From Candidatus Bathyarchaeota archaeon (lineage in GTDB: Archaea > Thermoproteota > Bathyarchaeia > Bathyarchaeales > Bathycorpusculaceae): 64,000 nucleotides of DNA. The number at the start of each line of letters is the position of its first letter. Within the stretch, counting starts at the first letter, position 1. The notes beneath the pieces were generated by a model. The model ran no database searches. It was not told where the DNA came from and saw only the letters and a program-made list of their open reading frames with translations. This document shows positions 19,461 to 29,884 of the stretch, piece after piece. The position numbers and the translations under genes are program-made. Where the stretch lies: the NCBI GenBank assembly GCA_963772455.1, contig CAVYXJ010000010.1, positions 256,001 through 320,000 of the forward strand, in the 5' to 3' direction.

Positions 19461-20084
19461 TTAGAGCTTCTTTGTTTTCAGCATAATGTTTTGGGCTATT
19501 TCCAGGTCTTTGGTTGTATTGATGTTTAGCAGAACCTCGATTTCTTCTGTGATTATGGCGCTTGTTTCGATTTTGCCTTCGCCGAGGATTTTAGTGCCAT
19601 TTATAATGTTGACTCCTGAAACAGCGTACCAAACTCCCTTGTATTCGTCGGTGGAGGAGATAGATAAGCCCAAATCTTGCCTTGCTTTGATGGGGACAAA
19701 GACCGCCAAGAAATCTTTTCCGCAGACCTCAAAGGCATCGATGATTTTGTCAAGCTCCTGTCCTGTTATGGCTGGAACATCGGAAGGCATAGTGAGTATT
19801 GGGCCAGTCAAATTTGCCTTCGAAACGGCTTGTTTTAGGTCGTTGTGATAACCTTTGGCGTCTGTATGCAGGATCTTCCAGCCTTTTTTTTGGCAGTATT
19901 GTTCGGTTTGCGGGGTGTTCGTGCTTGTTATGACGTAGAACTCGGAAACCTTCTTTGCCTCCAAGATTGCTTCTGCTACCCAATCAATCAGCGGTTTACC
20001 CAGAAACGGCAACAACGGCTTCTCCGTTGACAAACCCATCCTTGAACCTTTTCCGCCAGCCATCACAAGTACAGGAACCTTCAT
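19461..20084 (-). CDS. CobY-like nucleotidyltransferase (paralog 1)
   Basis: VMAGGKGSRMG..EKPLL, PSDVP, GVNII, NINT..DL. Confidence 0.85.
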   Translation of the reverse strand: MKVPVLVMAGGKGSRMGLSTEKPLLPFLGKPLIDWVAEAILEAKKVSEFYVITSTNTPQTEQYCQKKGWKILHTDAKGYHNDLKQAVSKANLTGPILTMPSDVPAITGQELDKIIDAFEVCGKDFLAVFVPIKARQDLGLSISSTDEYKGVWYAVSGVNIINGTKILGEGKIETSAIITEEIEVLLNINTTKDLEIAQNIMLKTKKL

Positions 20085-20941
20085 AGTAGAATCAGCACCA
20101 CCACAACAAACAAAACCAGTACAACTGCCCTTCCAACTTCGTTGGTTGCTCCAATCATGTCGCCCGAAACGCCGCCAAAGACGCTGTTCGAAACTATGTT
20201 CATCACGTACGCCACTGGAATGCTAGCAAACACCAAGGCAATTGCGGCTAGACCAGCTATTGGGTAACCTGAAAAGTAGAAAACTGGGTAAACAATCAAG
20301 GGAGACATTAAGTAGGCTGCGAAGTTGAGTTTCCTTTTGGCTTTCGCAAGAAAAATCGAGCCTAATCCTTTATGGGAGGGTTTGCCGACCCAAACGATTG
20401 TCACCATTGAAAGCTTAGCTGAAACCTCAGCCAAAAATATTACTGAAAAAACAAGAAACAAATTCGTCGTTATGTTCAGTGTTAGCCAGTTAGTTAAGAA
20501 TAAACCTGCAAAAGCTAAAAACTCAACGACTAACGCCAGTACTGCGCCAGCACTTGTGACTGTCCAAGCATGCGCCTTCATTTTTCGATCCTGAACATTT
20601 CTTAAGCCAACAGCGTTTCCTAAATCGATTAAGCCGTCGAAATGCTGTAGTCCAGTTATTACGCTAAGGAAAGCTATGGTCATTGCTGCGGGAATAATGG
20701 CTCCAAAAAGCCCAACGGGCAAAGCTACAAAGCTGTTAGCTAAACCCAAAAGAAAACCAACGATAACGCTTGAGCCGACAAAGTAAGCTGCGCCAAGCAA
20801 ACCGATGAAGCCACCTATGAATGGAAAAAGCCACATGTTTTCTGCCGTCGTGAAAATGAAATCTTCTTTCCTCCCAACCGGAATTATGGTGAGGAAAGAC
20901 AGCAAATCCCTAAAAGTTTTTATAGTTTTCACAGGCGACAT
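20081..20941 (-). CDS. CobS-like membrane phosphotransferase (divergent paralog 1)
   Basis: LSFLTIIP, FPFIG, TGLQHFDGLIDLGN, GGVSGDMIGATNE; ATG 20941 chosen as start. Confidence 0.82.
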   Translation of the reverse strand: MSPVKTIKTFRDLLSFLTIIPVGRKEDFIFTTAENMWLFPFIGGFIGLLGAAYFVGSSVIVGFLLGLANSFVALPVGLFGAIIPAAMTIAFLSVITGLQHFDGLIDLGNAVGLRNVQDRKMKAHAWTVTSAGAVLALVVEFLAFAGLFLTNWLTLNITTNLFLVFSVIFLAEVSAKLSMVTIVWVGKPSHKGLGSIFLAKAKRKLNFAAYLMSPLIVYPVFYFSGYPIAGLAAIALVFASIPVAYVMNIVSNSVFGGVSGDMIGATNEVGRAVVLVLFVVVVLILL

Positions 20942-20989
20942 ATACCTACAACCTTCCCAATAGGGAATATAGACTTTGTCGTGACTTGG

Positions 20990-21919
20990 ATGGCTGACTT
21001 GAAAGGGAAAAAAGTGTTCGTTACTGGTGGAGCAGGTTTTATAGGCTACCACCTTTGCAATAAACTGTCAACTCTCACTGATGATTTGACGATTTACGAT
21101 AACTTATCAAGCGGTAAAATGGAAAATGTCAAAGACAATCCTAAAGCCAAATTCGTTGAAGGCGATATTTTAGACGTTAAAAAACTCTGCAGTCAACCAA
21201 AGTCAGACTTGATTTACCATTTAGCTGCACAAGTAGTTGTTCCTTACTCGATGGAGAATCCGTTGATAGATTTTGAAATTAACGCCAAAGGAACCCTTTG
21301 TGTTCTTGAGAAAGCGCGAAAAGACGATGCGAAACTGGTTTTTGCCTCAAGCGCCGCAATCTACGGCAACCCAACACAGTTGCCAACCTCCGAAGATTAC
21401 GGTTTCCATCCATTCTCATGCTACGGATTATCAAAGGTTGTGGGCGAAGAATACTGCCAAATGTACCGTGAACAATACGGTTTAGACATTGTAATCACAA
21501 GGTTCGCCAACGTTTATGGACTAAGATGCCACGGCGTTATCCATGACTTTCTCGAGAAACTCGCTAAAAACCCAAACAAACTCGAAATCATAGGCACCGG
21601 GCAACAATCACGCGATTTGGTGCACGTCTCCGATGTTGTGGATTTGCTGGCTAAAGTTGGCTCACTTGAATCTGCCAACGGACAAACATACAACGTAGGT
21701 CTTGGCAAAACAACAAAGATAATCGATTTAGCTAAACTGATGCTTCAGATTCTCAACCTTCAAGATAAAACCGTCGTAACAACCACCGGTGTGTCTTGGC
21801 AGGGCGACATCGTCACCATATGGTTTAACAATCAAAAAGCCAGAAAAGAATTGAATTGGAATCCAAAGGTCACTTTAGAAGAAAGCATAAAAGAAGTCAT
21901 CGCCGCGAGGAAACTCTAG
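20990..21919 (+). CDS. NAD-dependent epimerase/dehydratase (GalE-like)
   Basis: VTGGAGFIG, HLAAQ, SSAAIYG, YGLSK. Confidence 0.92.
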   Translation: MADLKGKKVFVTGGAGFIGYHLCNKLSTLTDDLTIYDNLSSGKMENVKDNPKAKFVEGDILDVKKLCSQPKSDLIYHLAAQVVVPYSMENPLIDFEINAKGTLCVLEKARKDDAKLVFASSAAIYGNPTQLPTSEDYGFHPFSCYGLSKVVGEEYCQMYREQYGLDIVITRFANVYGLRCHGVIHDFLEKLAKNPNKLEIIGTGQQSRDLVHVSDVVDLLAKVGSLESANGQTYNVGLGKTTKIIDLAKLMLQILNLQDKTVVTTTGVSWQGDIVTIWFNNQKARKELNWNPKVTLEESIKEVIAARKL

Positions 21920-21921
21920 AA

Positions 21922-22797
21922 ATGACCGCTGCCGCGCCAGCGAAAGGATTAATCGCTCTTCTGCGGCTTCCCTACTGGCTCATGACTGGCGGGTTATCAG
22001 TTTTAACAGCTTTTGCAATCACAAAAACCATGATTGCTCCCCAAACAATCCTGCTTATTTTCTTCTCTATGGCGTTCATAACCTCTGCTGGCTTTGCCAT
22101 AAACGATTATTTCGACCGAGAAAGTGATGCGGTAATCAAGCCAAAACGCCCTATTCCTTCAGGAGCATTATCGCTTAAACAAGTAGTGGCTGTTTCAAGC
22201 ATACTCTTCGCTTTAGGATTAGTTATGGCAGCTTTGATTAATTGGCTTAGTTTCGCGATCATCGCCGTTGATTCGCTGTTGCTGCTGGTTTATTCTTACA
22301 TGGTGAAGCGCAAGTCTGGTTTTGTTGCTAACATTTTGGTCGGCATTCTAACAGGAACGGCGTTCATGTATGGGCAAGCCACAATAACCAATCCTGCAAT
22401 TGTGAATTTGGTTTCGTTAAGCTTGTACCCAATAGCTTTTGGCACCATCGGCGGTAACGTGCTTCGGGACATCTTGAGCGTGGAAGGCGACTCCAAAGTT
22501 GGATACCCAACCCTGCCCCAGAAAATCGGCAACATAAGCGCAGCCAAAGTCGGCGCTCTATTTTTCCTCTTGACAGGTATACTTGCACCCCTTCCATATT
22601 TCATAGGAAATTTTACTTTCTACTATCTGCCGCTAATTCTGCTCTGGAGTGTCCTGTTAATCTACGCTTCAATTCGACTAGTAACATCATGTTCAACCGT
22701 TCAGAACGTCCGCAAGTATGAACGCATAGTTACAATGTCGATGATTCTGCTGCCTCTGGCTTTGATAGTTGAAGCTGTGCTTGGATGGTTGATATGA
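21922..22797 (+). CDS. UbiA prenyltransferase, DGGGP synthase-like
   Basis: INDYFDRESDAVIKPKRPIPSG and RDILSVEGD..VGYPTLP motifs. Confidence 0.88.
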   Translation: MTAAAPAKGLIALLRLPYWLMTGGLSVLTAFAITKTMIAPQTILLIFFSMAFITSAGFAINDYFDRESDAVIKPKRPIPSGALSLKQVVAVSSILFALGLVMAALINWLSFAIIAVDSLLLLVYSYMVKRKSGFVANILVGILTGTAFMYGQATITNPAIVNLVSLSLYPIAFGTIGGNVLRDILSVEGDSKVGYPTLPQKIGNISAAKVGALFFLLTGILAPLPYFIGNFTFYYLPLILLWSVLLIYASIRLVTSCSTVQNVRKYERIVTMSMILLPLALIVEAVLGWLI

Positions 22798-24261
22798 GCG
22801 AAACCAAAAGTATCTGCCCTGACTGCCAAAAGAAAATAGATGCTCAACTCTCTCAAACCAATGGCAAAATCCAAATCACAAAACAATGCCCTGAACATGG
22901 CGAATTCAAAGCAACCCATTGGCAAAGCGTGCCAATATACAATCACATGCAAAAATACGATCAGTACCAGTACCTTGGCGACTTGAACGCGCCAAAAAAC
23001 CCTGATGGGTGCCCTTACAAATGCGAAACTTGTACTGAACATGCTTCTGGAACAGTGATTGGCGTCATTGACGTAACCAAACGTTGCAACTTTAAATGTG
23101 CAGTATGTTTTTCAACTTTTCCAGATCAAGAAGGGGATTATGAACCCACCAAAGAAGCACTCGTAAACATGCTCAAGTTCGCAAGCAAAGCTAACCCTAA
23201 ACCCCCAGCAATTCTATTCTCAGGCGGTGAACCCCTTGAACGCGAAGACATGCCTGAAATCATAGCCGCTGCGCATAAACTGAAATTCATGACTATCTTG
23301 GCGACAAACGGGACACATTTGGTGGATACGCCGGGATTAGCCAAGAGGCTCAAAGACAGCGGCTTAAACATAGTTTATTTATCGTTTGACAGTTTTCATG
23401 AAGAGTTCAACAGAAAGGTTAGAGGACGAGAGCTTCTTAGACATGAAACTTAAGGCTATAGACGTTTGCCGCAAATACGACATGGAAATAATCCTCGTTA
23501 ACACCTTGATGAAGAGTCTTAACGACAAAGAAGTAGGCGACATGATCCGATTCGCCGCCAAAAACACTGACATAGTCCGAGGTTTAATTTTTCAACCTAT
23601 CGCCTTTACAGGCAGAGCAACAGAGAATCCATTCCGCGAGAACTTTCGTGAATGGTCTTTTGCTGAGGATGTGGAAAGCCAAACTCAAGGCGAAATAAAA
23701 TCCACTGATTTGTATCCTATGTCCGTTATGACTTCGCCGATTAAAATAATGCGTAAGTTCATGCAGAAACCTTGGCCATTGTTCTCATGCAGCCCGCAGT
23801 GCGGAATTGTCAATTGGGTTTACGTTTCTAAAAGCGGCAAAATGTTTCCAATCAACCGCTTCGTAAACTTTGACCGCTTTTTCAATAGTATTCGCAAAAC
23901 TGCTGAAAACGCAGAGTCAAAAGGTAAAATTTCCTTGCTATCCTCACTTTTCATGGCTTCTATGTTGTCAATGGATATGTTCTTAGTTACCAAAGAAGTC
24001 GGTATGCCAACTCTGATGAAGTCAATTATGAAAATGCATCTTTCGCCATCTTATCAGTCGCTGGGTAAAATCCGTCGCAGAATATTCCTGTTGGGCTGCA
24101 TGGCGTTCATGGATTCTTACAACTTTGACGTTAATCGTGTCCGACGATGCGTAGTGCACTACATCACGCCAGATCTTAAAATAATTCCATTCTGCGCCTA
24201 CAACAACGTCCATCGAGTCGCCATCGAGAAAGCATATGCCCAAAGACACAAGAAAGCTTAA
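22794..24261 (+). CDS. tes: Tetraether synthase (Tes/GDGT-MAS)-like radical SAM protein (frameshift near 23439)
   Basis: CPDC...CPEHG, GCPYKCETCTEH, IDVTKRCNFKCAVCF, FMDSYNFDVNRVRRCVVHY, IIPFCAYN; ATGA overlap with UbiA. Confidence 0.8.
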
Positions 24262-24308
24262 CTTTGCAACATACGCTTTTGAGTTATTCTGAATTTGAAC
24301 AACGAAAT

Positions 24309-24818
24309 TTAGCTTATCACACTAATTTTTAGAACGCAGGAATTTGGAGTTAAAACCAAGACGCCGTTTTTCATTTGCCAAAGTTCAAATTCAACTGAGT
24401 AGTCGCCAACCTGATTAAGAGTGATTGATGCTGAGTCTTGCCAAGTTTCCCCATCCTTCAAACTTAAATCATAAGTCTTGGTCGGCTGTGTACCTGGAAA
24501 ATTTGGAGAAATTTTTGATTGAACTTGATACGTTTGGGTGTCTGTGCCTCCCATGTGATTTACAACATTAACGTATACGATGAAGGTGTTATTCTGGTTA
24601 ACAACAAGAGTAGAAGGAAAGTCAACGGCTTTTTTCTGGGCATCAAGCAAATAAATTGTGTTATAGGGCTCTGCTTGTGGTCTGAATACTACATAATAAC
24701 CTATGACTGTGGCGGAAACAATGATTAAAGCAAGAAAAATAGCAACAGCGAAGCCTTTCTCTTCATCTAAACCGATTTTTCTTCCAATTCTCTTGACACT
24801 TTCGAATTGTATCCGCAT
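24309..24818 (-). CDS. DUF1616-like membrane-anchored protein
   Basis: One TM, then EPYNTIYLL, VNVVNHMG, VEFELW. Confidence 0.7.
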   Translation of the reverse strand: MRIQFESVKRIGRKIGLDEEKGFAVAIFLALIIVSATVIGYYVVFRPQAEPYNTIYLLDAQKKAVDFPSTLVVNQNNTFIVYVNVVNHMGGTDTQTYQVQSKISPNFPGTQPTKTYDLSLKDGETWQDSASITLNQVGDYSVEFELWQMKNGVLVLTPNSCVLKISVIS

Positions 24819-25509
24819 CCAAAAGCCCCTTAAAGATAGTGCTAAATATCTGAATCCCAGACTTAAATGGTTTAAGCTTGGTTTTCCCATATTCTCGGTG
24901 CTTATAAGTTGTTGGAACTTCCACCATTGTGTAACCTTCTTTAGCGAATTGAATCAGCATTTCGGTGGCAAATGCCATGTCATCCTCTTTTAGTTTTACT
25001 TTGTCTATAGCTTCATGGGATATTGCCCGGAAGCCAGATTGTGAATCACTTAAGAATTGGCTGTAGCAGAAGTCAAAGCAGAAAGTGATTACTTTGTTGC
25101 CTAAAAAGTTGAAGAAACCCATGGCTTTTTTCGGATCATACATGCGTGTGCCCAAAACCATGTCTACATCTTTCGTAATCATATGGTCTATTAAGCGGTT
25201 TATGTGTTTGAACTCGTAAGTGCCGTCTGCGTCAACCATGATAATGATGTTGCCTTTCGCGTTCTTCATTCCAGTTCGCAATGCAACTCCGTAGCCGCGT
25301 CTGGGTTCAATAATTAATCTGCAAAAATCAGTATCCTTTACAATTTCAATAGTTCCATCAGTTGAATTGCTATCTACTACAATTATTTCTTTGGGGTAAT
25401 GTACATTGTTATTGATAGTGGTAACAGCTTCCAATATGGTGCCAGCTTCGTTTAGTGTTGGAATGATGACTGAAACTAGATCAACTTTAGATGTCATGGT
25501 AAACCCCAT
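24763..25509 (-). CDS. Glycosyltransferase family 2 (DPM1-like)
   Basis: VIIPTLNE, VVDSNSTDGT, GYG, DADG, DSQSGFRA. Confidence 0.92.
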   Translation of the reverse strand: MGFTMTSKVDLVSVIIPTLNEAGTILEAVTTINNNVHYPKEIIVVDSNSTDGTIEIVKDTDFCRLIIEPRRGYGVALRTGMKNAKGNIIIMVDADGTYEFKHINRLIDHMITKDVDMVLGTRMYDPKKAMGFFNFLGNKVITFCFDFCYSQFLSDSQSGFRAISHEAIDKVKLKEDDMAFATEMLIQFAKEGYTMVEVPTTYKHREYGKTKLKPFKSGIQIFSTIFKGLLDADTIRKCQENWKKNRFR

Positions 25510-25539
25510 TTGCTAAGGCTAATAGATGCGCTAGTCTGG

Positions 25540-26697
25540 TTAAATAAGCTCTTCGTATATTTTGACAAGTGAATCAACATTCCTATCCCAGCTATGTTTC
25601 TCTTCCATCATCGCTCGAATCTTGGGTGTGCGTGAAGACAAATCCATCTTTGAGTAATCTACAATTGCCTCTGCCAGTTGCTCTGGCATGTTAGGAGGAA
25701 CCAATTTTCCATACTCCTCAGTTAATATTTCCCCGATTCCACCCACATCCGTTGCTACTACAGGCAATCCACAGGCCATGGCTTCTTCGGCAACCAAAGG
25801 TAAGCCTTCACCAGATTTCGATGGCACCACAAAAAAGTCTGCAGTATTATAGTAAAAGGGTAAATCGTTACTTGAGACAAAACCAGCAAAAATAACATTT
25901 TTCTCTATTCCCAGCTGTTTTATCCTTTCTTGGGCGTTGTCTTTGTTTGGACCTATTCCAACAATTAGAAAAGTGATGTTTGGGTTCTTTTTAACTGCAA
26001 TGTTCGCAGCTTCAATTAGAGTATCGATGCCGTTTTTGTAAACAATTCTTCTGACTGTTAAAACAACAATTGCGTTTTGGGAAATTCCCAATTTCTTCCT
26101 CATTTCTTCTCGCTTGCCAGCGATGGGGCGAAAATGCTCCAAGTCTACGCCGTTATGCATTACGATGACTTTCTTTGGATCCGCGCCCAAACTTAAAACA
26201 TAATTTTTGGTTGCATTGCTTACGGTGATTATTTTGTCTGCTAGTTTAAGCGTTTGCCTTCCAACTGCAAGGTCATTTAGACGTTCTACGGTTTCAAACA
26301 TGTTGTCATATTCGATGAATGTGTTATGTTGGGTTAGGACAAAGGGTTTCGAGTACCGTTTAGCCAGTTTTCCCATTATAAGCGAAGTAAGATATGGGTG
26401 GCCATGTGCATGCACTATATCACATGATTGTACAGCGTTGAGGAAAGTTTCAAGACTTGCCACGGAAGGAATAGTGTAAGGTATCCCAAGTCGATATCCT
26501 GTGTTCAACGATTCATAACAATCAACTTTTACTCCTTTTATGACGTAGCTTTTGGGAGTATTCATCCTGTTTGTAACTACAAATGGATCATAGTTTCTGT
26601 TGAGTAGACGTCTGCTTTGTTCATAAACAACGGTTTGTATTCCGCCCACCTGCGGCAGGTAGATGTTTGTGACAATACACAGACGTGTTTTAGCCAT
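25540..26697 (-). CDS. Glycosyltransferase family 4
   Basis: PQVGG, HNGVD, EGLPLVAEEAMACGLPVV. Confidence 0.92.
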   Translation of the reverse strand: MAKTRLCIVTNIYLPQVGGIQTVVYEQSRRLLNRNYDPFVVTNRMNTPKSYVIKGVKVDCYESLNTGYRLGIPYTIPSVASLETFLNAVQSCDIVHAHGHPYLTSLIMGKLAKRYSKPFVLTQHNTFIEYDNMFETVERLNDLAVGRQTLKLADKIITVSNATKNYVLSLGADPKKVIVMHNGVDLEHFRPIAGKREEMRKKLGISQNAIVVLTVRRIVYKNGIDTLIEAANIAVKKNPNITFLIVGIGPNKDNAQERIKQLGIEKNVIFAGFVSSNDLPFYYNTADFFVVPSKSGEGLPLVAEEAMACGLPVVATDVGGIGEILTEEYGKLVPPNMPEQLAEAIVDYSKMDLSSRTPKIRAMMEEKHSWDRNVDSLVKIYEELI

Positions 26698-26757
26698 GCT
26701 TGAATTCCTCGCTCAACATAGTATTATAATGTTATGGAACCCTCAGGCACCCTTTAA

Positions 26758-27738
26758 TTATTGAACTAAACCTTGAGTTGCGTATGGTACCGCATTAGTA
26801 AACGGTGTCCAGGCGTTAAAACATGTATTATCCACATTCAAATTTTTGACAGCGGAAATTAATTCAAAAATTCCTTCATCTAAAGACACTTTAGCACGGT
26901 AACCCAAAGTCTCTATTTTAAGTGTTGAAAGAATGTAATTTCGCTTATCCCAATGATAATCCGATTCTGCTACATGCAAATCGTAATCAACTTGTTTTTT
27001 TATTCGTTGAGCAATTTGTTCTTTTGTAAACGTTAACCTTGATGAACCAACATTGAAAATTTCACCCTCCATCGATTTTCTGTTGTTAATCGCAAACAAT
27101 ATGCTCCTTGAAATATCGCGAACGTGAATCACGGACCTAATTGATCTTTCGCCGTAAACCATCAGGGCTTTGTGTTTGACGGCTTCATACACAAACTGAT
27201 TAACCAACAGATCCAGCCGCATCCGATACGAAACTCCAAATGCAGTGGCAAACCTAAGAGTAACAACGTTTTTTCTTTCAGAAAATATTTTTTCAGCTTC
27301 AAATTTGGTTCTTGCATAGTGTGATTGCGGAGTGGGTACCCTTTTCTCTGTACAATCTAACCCATTAAGTACGCCATATACGCTTCCTGTGGAAGCAAAA
27401 ATTAGAAGTTGATCATCGGACAAATACCTGTTTATTTTTCTGGAGGCATTAACATTTACGTCAGTTGCCTGTTCCCTGTTGCCTTCACACAAAGGTTCAC
27501 CAACAATCGCCGCCAGATGCACCACGACATCTTTATTTTCGATAAGAGTTTTGATTAATTTATCATCCCTAACATCTCCTTTAACGAACTCAAACCCACG
27601 TTTGCCCACATTAACACAAATCCCTTGCATCCCCCAGGTTAAATTGTCCAGAACAGTTACTTCATGTCCTTCTTTGAGTAGCTCAGGGACAAGCGTAGAA
27701 CCAATGAAGCCTGCACCTCCAGTAACAAGAATTCTCAT
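26758..27738 (-). CDS. NAD-dependent epimerase/dehydratase
   Basis: VTGGAGFIG, HLAAIVG, YARTK, RLDLLVN. Confidence 0.9.
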   Translation of the reverse strand: MRILVTGGAGFIGSTLVPELLKEGHEVTVLDNLTWGMQGICVNVGKRGFEFVKGDVRDDKLIKTLIENKDVVVHLAAIVGEPLCEGNREQATDVNVNASRKINRYLSDDQLLIFASTGSVYGVLNGLDCTEKRVPTPQSHYARTKFEAEKIFSERKNVVTLRFATAFGVSYRMRLDLLVNQFVYEAVKHKALMVYGERSIRSVIHVRDISRSILFAINNRKSMEGEIFNVGSSRLTFTKEQIAQRIKKQVDYDLHVAESDYHWDKRNYILSTLKIETLGYRAKVSLDEGIFELISAVKNLNVDNTCFNAWTPFTNAVPYATQGLVQ

Positions 27739-27899
27739 CTCAACACCTGGTCAATTTATAGCAAGGTTAAGGTTTTAATGACTTTTCGTACACAACTCTT
27801 GACTAAACTTAGTCCATTTTTCTTGACTGACAAAATCATATTTGCAAACAATAAAACAAGGTGAACCTTGAAGTTGAAATTCCAAGAAAAATTGTTTTT

Positions 27900-29012
27900 T
27901 TACCAACCAGCTTTAACTGTTCCAATTATGTATTTCAAATCTTCTAAAGTTAAATCCTCATGAATGGGCAAGCAGATAAAATCTCTATCAATTCTATCTG
28001 TATTAGGCAAATCTGTTCTTTGTTGACCAAAAATTGAGAACACATCATTTCTGTAACTCTGCACGTTCAACTCTATGCCTTTAATGCGCATGGTTTCTAA
28101 GAATTTTTGTCTCCGCTCAACATGAATTGGATAGAGGAAATAGGCACTTTTGCTGTCCGCCCTATATTCCATAAGCTTAACCCCCCTTATCCCTTGCAGT
28201 TCCTCATCATAGATTTTGGCTTTTTCACTTCGTTGAGCCAAGATTCTATCGACATAGCTGAGCTGCTCTCTGCCAATGGCGGCAAGAAAACTATTCATCC
28301 TCATCTTATAACCGACCTCAATGATGTCTTGCGTATATGCTCCGGTTAATGCATCTCTTTTTTGACGATCCATCCCAAACCAGGATCTCCTATTAGCCGC
28401 TTGAAAAATACTCTCGCTATTGGTAGCCAACATGCCTCCATCTCCAGTTGTTATGTGTTTAACCGCGGCAAAAGAGTAACAAGCAAACGAAGAGTTGCAG
28501 CCTATGAAGTTGTCTTGGTAAGTTGCGCCGATTGCGTGGGCACAATCTTCAATTAACGCTAAATTATGCGTTTGGGCTATTTCTCTGAGTTCGGTTAGGT
28601 CACATGGATATCCTAAGTTATGTACACAAATGATTGCTTTGGTTTTTTTTGTGATTCTTTTTTCAATATCTGAAACGTCGATATTTGCGGTTTCATAGTT
28701 AACATCCACAAAGATTGGCGAAGCGAACTGTTCAAGAATTGAAGTGTTGGTGGCAACCATAGTGAAGGCTGGAGATATTACCTCGTCGCCTGGTCCCACG
28801 CCTGCAATAGCAAGGGATAATCTTAGCGCTGAAGTGCAGGAATTCAGTGCTACAGCAAATTTAACGTTGAATTTTTCCGCGAAAGCTTTCTCAAATAAGG
28901 TTGTTTCTATTCCAACATTGAGCCATTTGCCTTGTAAGGTTTTTGACGCTACATCAATTACGCTCTGTGGCATATGTGAACTGAAAATGTTGATTTTTCT
29001 TTGCGGTGCCAT
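27900..29012 (-). CDS. DegT/DnrJ/EryC1/StrS sugar aminotransferase
   Basis: NSCTSAL, IEDCAHA, SFAAVKHITTGDGG. Confidence 0.93.
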   Translation of the reverse strand: MAPQRKINIFSSHMPQSVIDVASKTLQGKWLNVGIETTLFEKAFAEKFNVKFAVALNSCTSALRLSLAIAGVGPGDEVISPAFTMVATNTSILEQFASPIFVDVNYETANIDVSDIEKRITKKTKAIICVHNLGYPCDLTELREIAQTHNLALIEDCAHAIGATYQDNFIGCNSSFACYSFAAVKHITTGDGGMLATNSESIFQAANRRSWFGMDRQKRDALTGAYTQDIIEVGYKMRMNSFLAAIGREQLSYVDRILAQRSEKAKIYDEELQGIRGVKLMEYRADSKSAYFLYPIHVERRQKFLETMRIKGIELNVQSYRNDVFSIFGQQRTDLPNTDRIDRDFICLPIHEDLTLEDLKYIIGTVKAGW

Positions 29013-29097
29013 GATTCTTGTTAAGATGAATTCTTATTAAATTCTTGCTAACAAGCGGTTAATTGCTATTCTAAGAAATAGGGTAGGCAAAAATCAT

Positions 29098-29580
29098 TTA
29101 CGGTTTAGCTTGCTTACCTTTCAGTGCATTTGTATAAACATTCGAAGATGCTCCAGCCACCAATGCGCCAATTGCATCATTTGTCAGGGGAGGCAACTTC
29201 TTAAGGATGCCAGGTTTAGCCTGATCAAATCGAACGAACTCAAACATAGCTCTTGATCCTCCAATGTATGTGGCGATGGCTATGCCAATAAGTTCATCTG
29301 CGACAAGACCGGGTCTGCCCAAAAATCTCTCTTTTGATAACCCTGGGATTCGCCCGTTTTCAGCTTCTTCTTGGGCAAGGAAAGCGGCAACAATGAGGGT
29401 TGAAACGTTTACATCTGTTAAGATGTCAAGGAATTCATCTTTAAGCAATTCGATGGCCTTTTCTTGTGTTTCTACACCTGGGTGGGGAACGTACATTTCA
29501 AGTGCGCTCTCGATTAGGCTTTGCAATGTGATGCCTTTGCCTTCTAAGTAAGTTAACAATGGCGGGTTTTGCTTATTCAT
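29098..29580 (-). CDS. cobZ: Alpha-ribazole-phosphate phosphatase CobZ (PgpA-like)
   Basis: DVNV, LVADELIG..IA.YIGG, FEFVRFDQAKPGIL; next to cobT/cobS/cobY. Confidence 0.78.
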   Translation of the reverse strand: MNKQNPPLLTYLEGKGITLQSLIESALEMYVPHPGVETQEKAIELLKDEFLDILTDVNVSTLIVAAFLAQEEAENGRIPGLSKERFLGRPGLVADELIGIAIATYIGGSRAMFEFVRFDQAKPGILKKLPPLTNDAIGALVAGASSNVYTNALKGKQAKP

Positions 29581-29884
29581 GCGTTAAACCTCAAGTTTTA
29601 GAGGTACAGACTGTTTTAAGTGTTGTGTGGCTTTATTTACAATAACGCATAAATGAAAAGTTGGATAAACCAATAAATTTAAAATATTTTAATTAGCTGA
29701 AAATCGAAAATATTTATCTTGCTATAACCAAACTTTTATCAAAAAAGAATTTGAATAACTATTTGAATAGTAAATAAGCAGTTTTTTATACAAGCGTCCA
29801 CAATTAAAAATCAATATCAAAATCACCTAAAAACCATTAATTAAACAATTGGTTAAGAGTGAAAAATAGAGGAGATAAAACTGA

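Noticed and set aside
29581-29884. Cobalamin riboswitch upstream of the cob genes
   Set aside because: Very AT-rich with no B12-box consensus visible; it looks like a divergent promoter region
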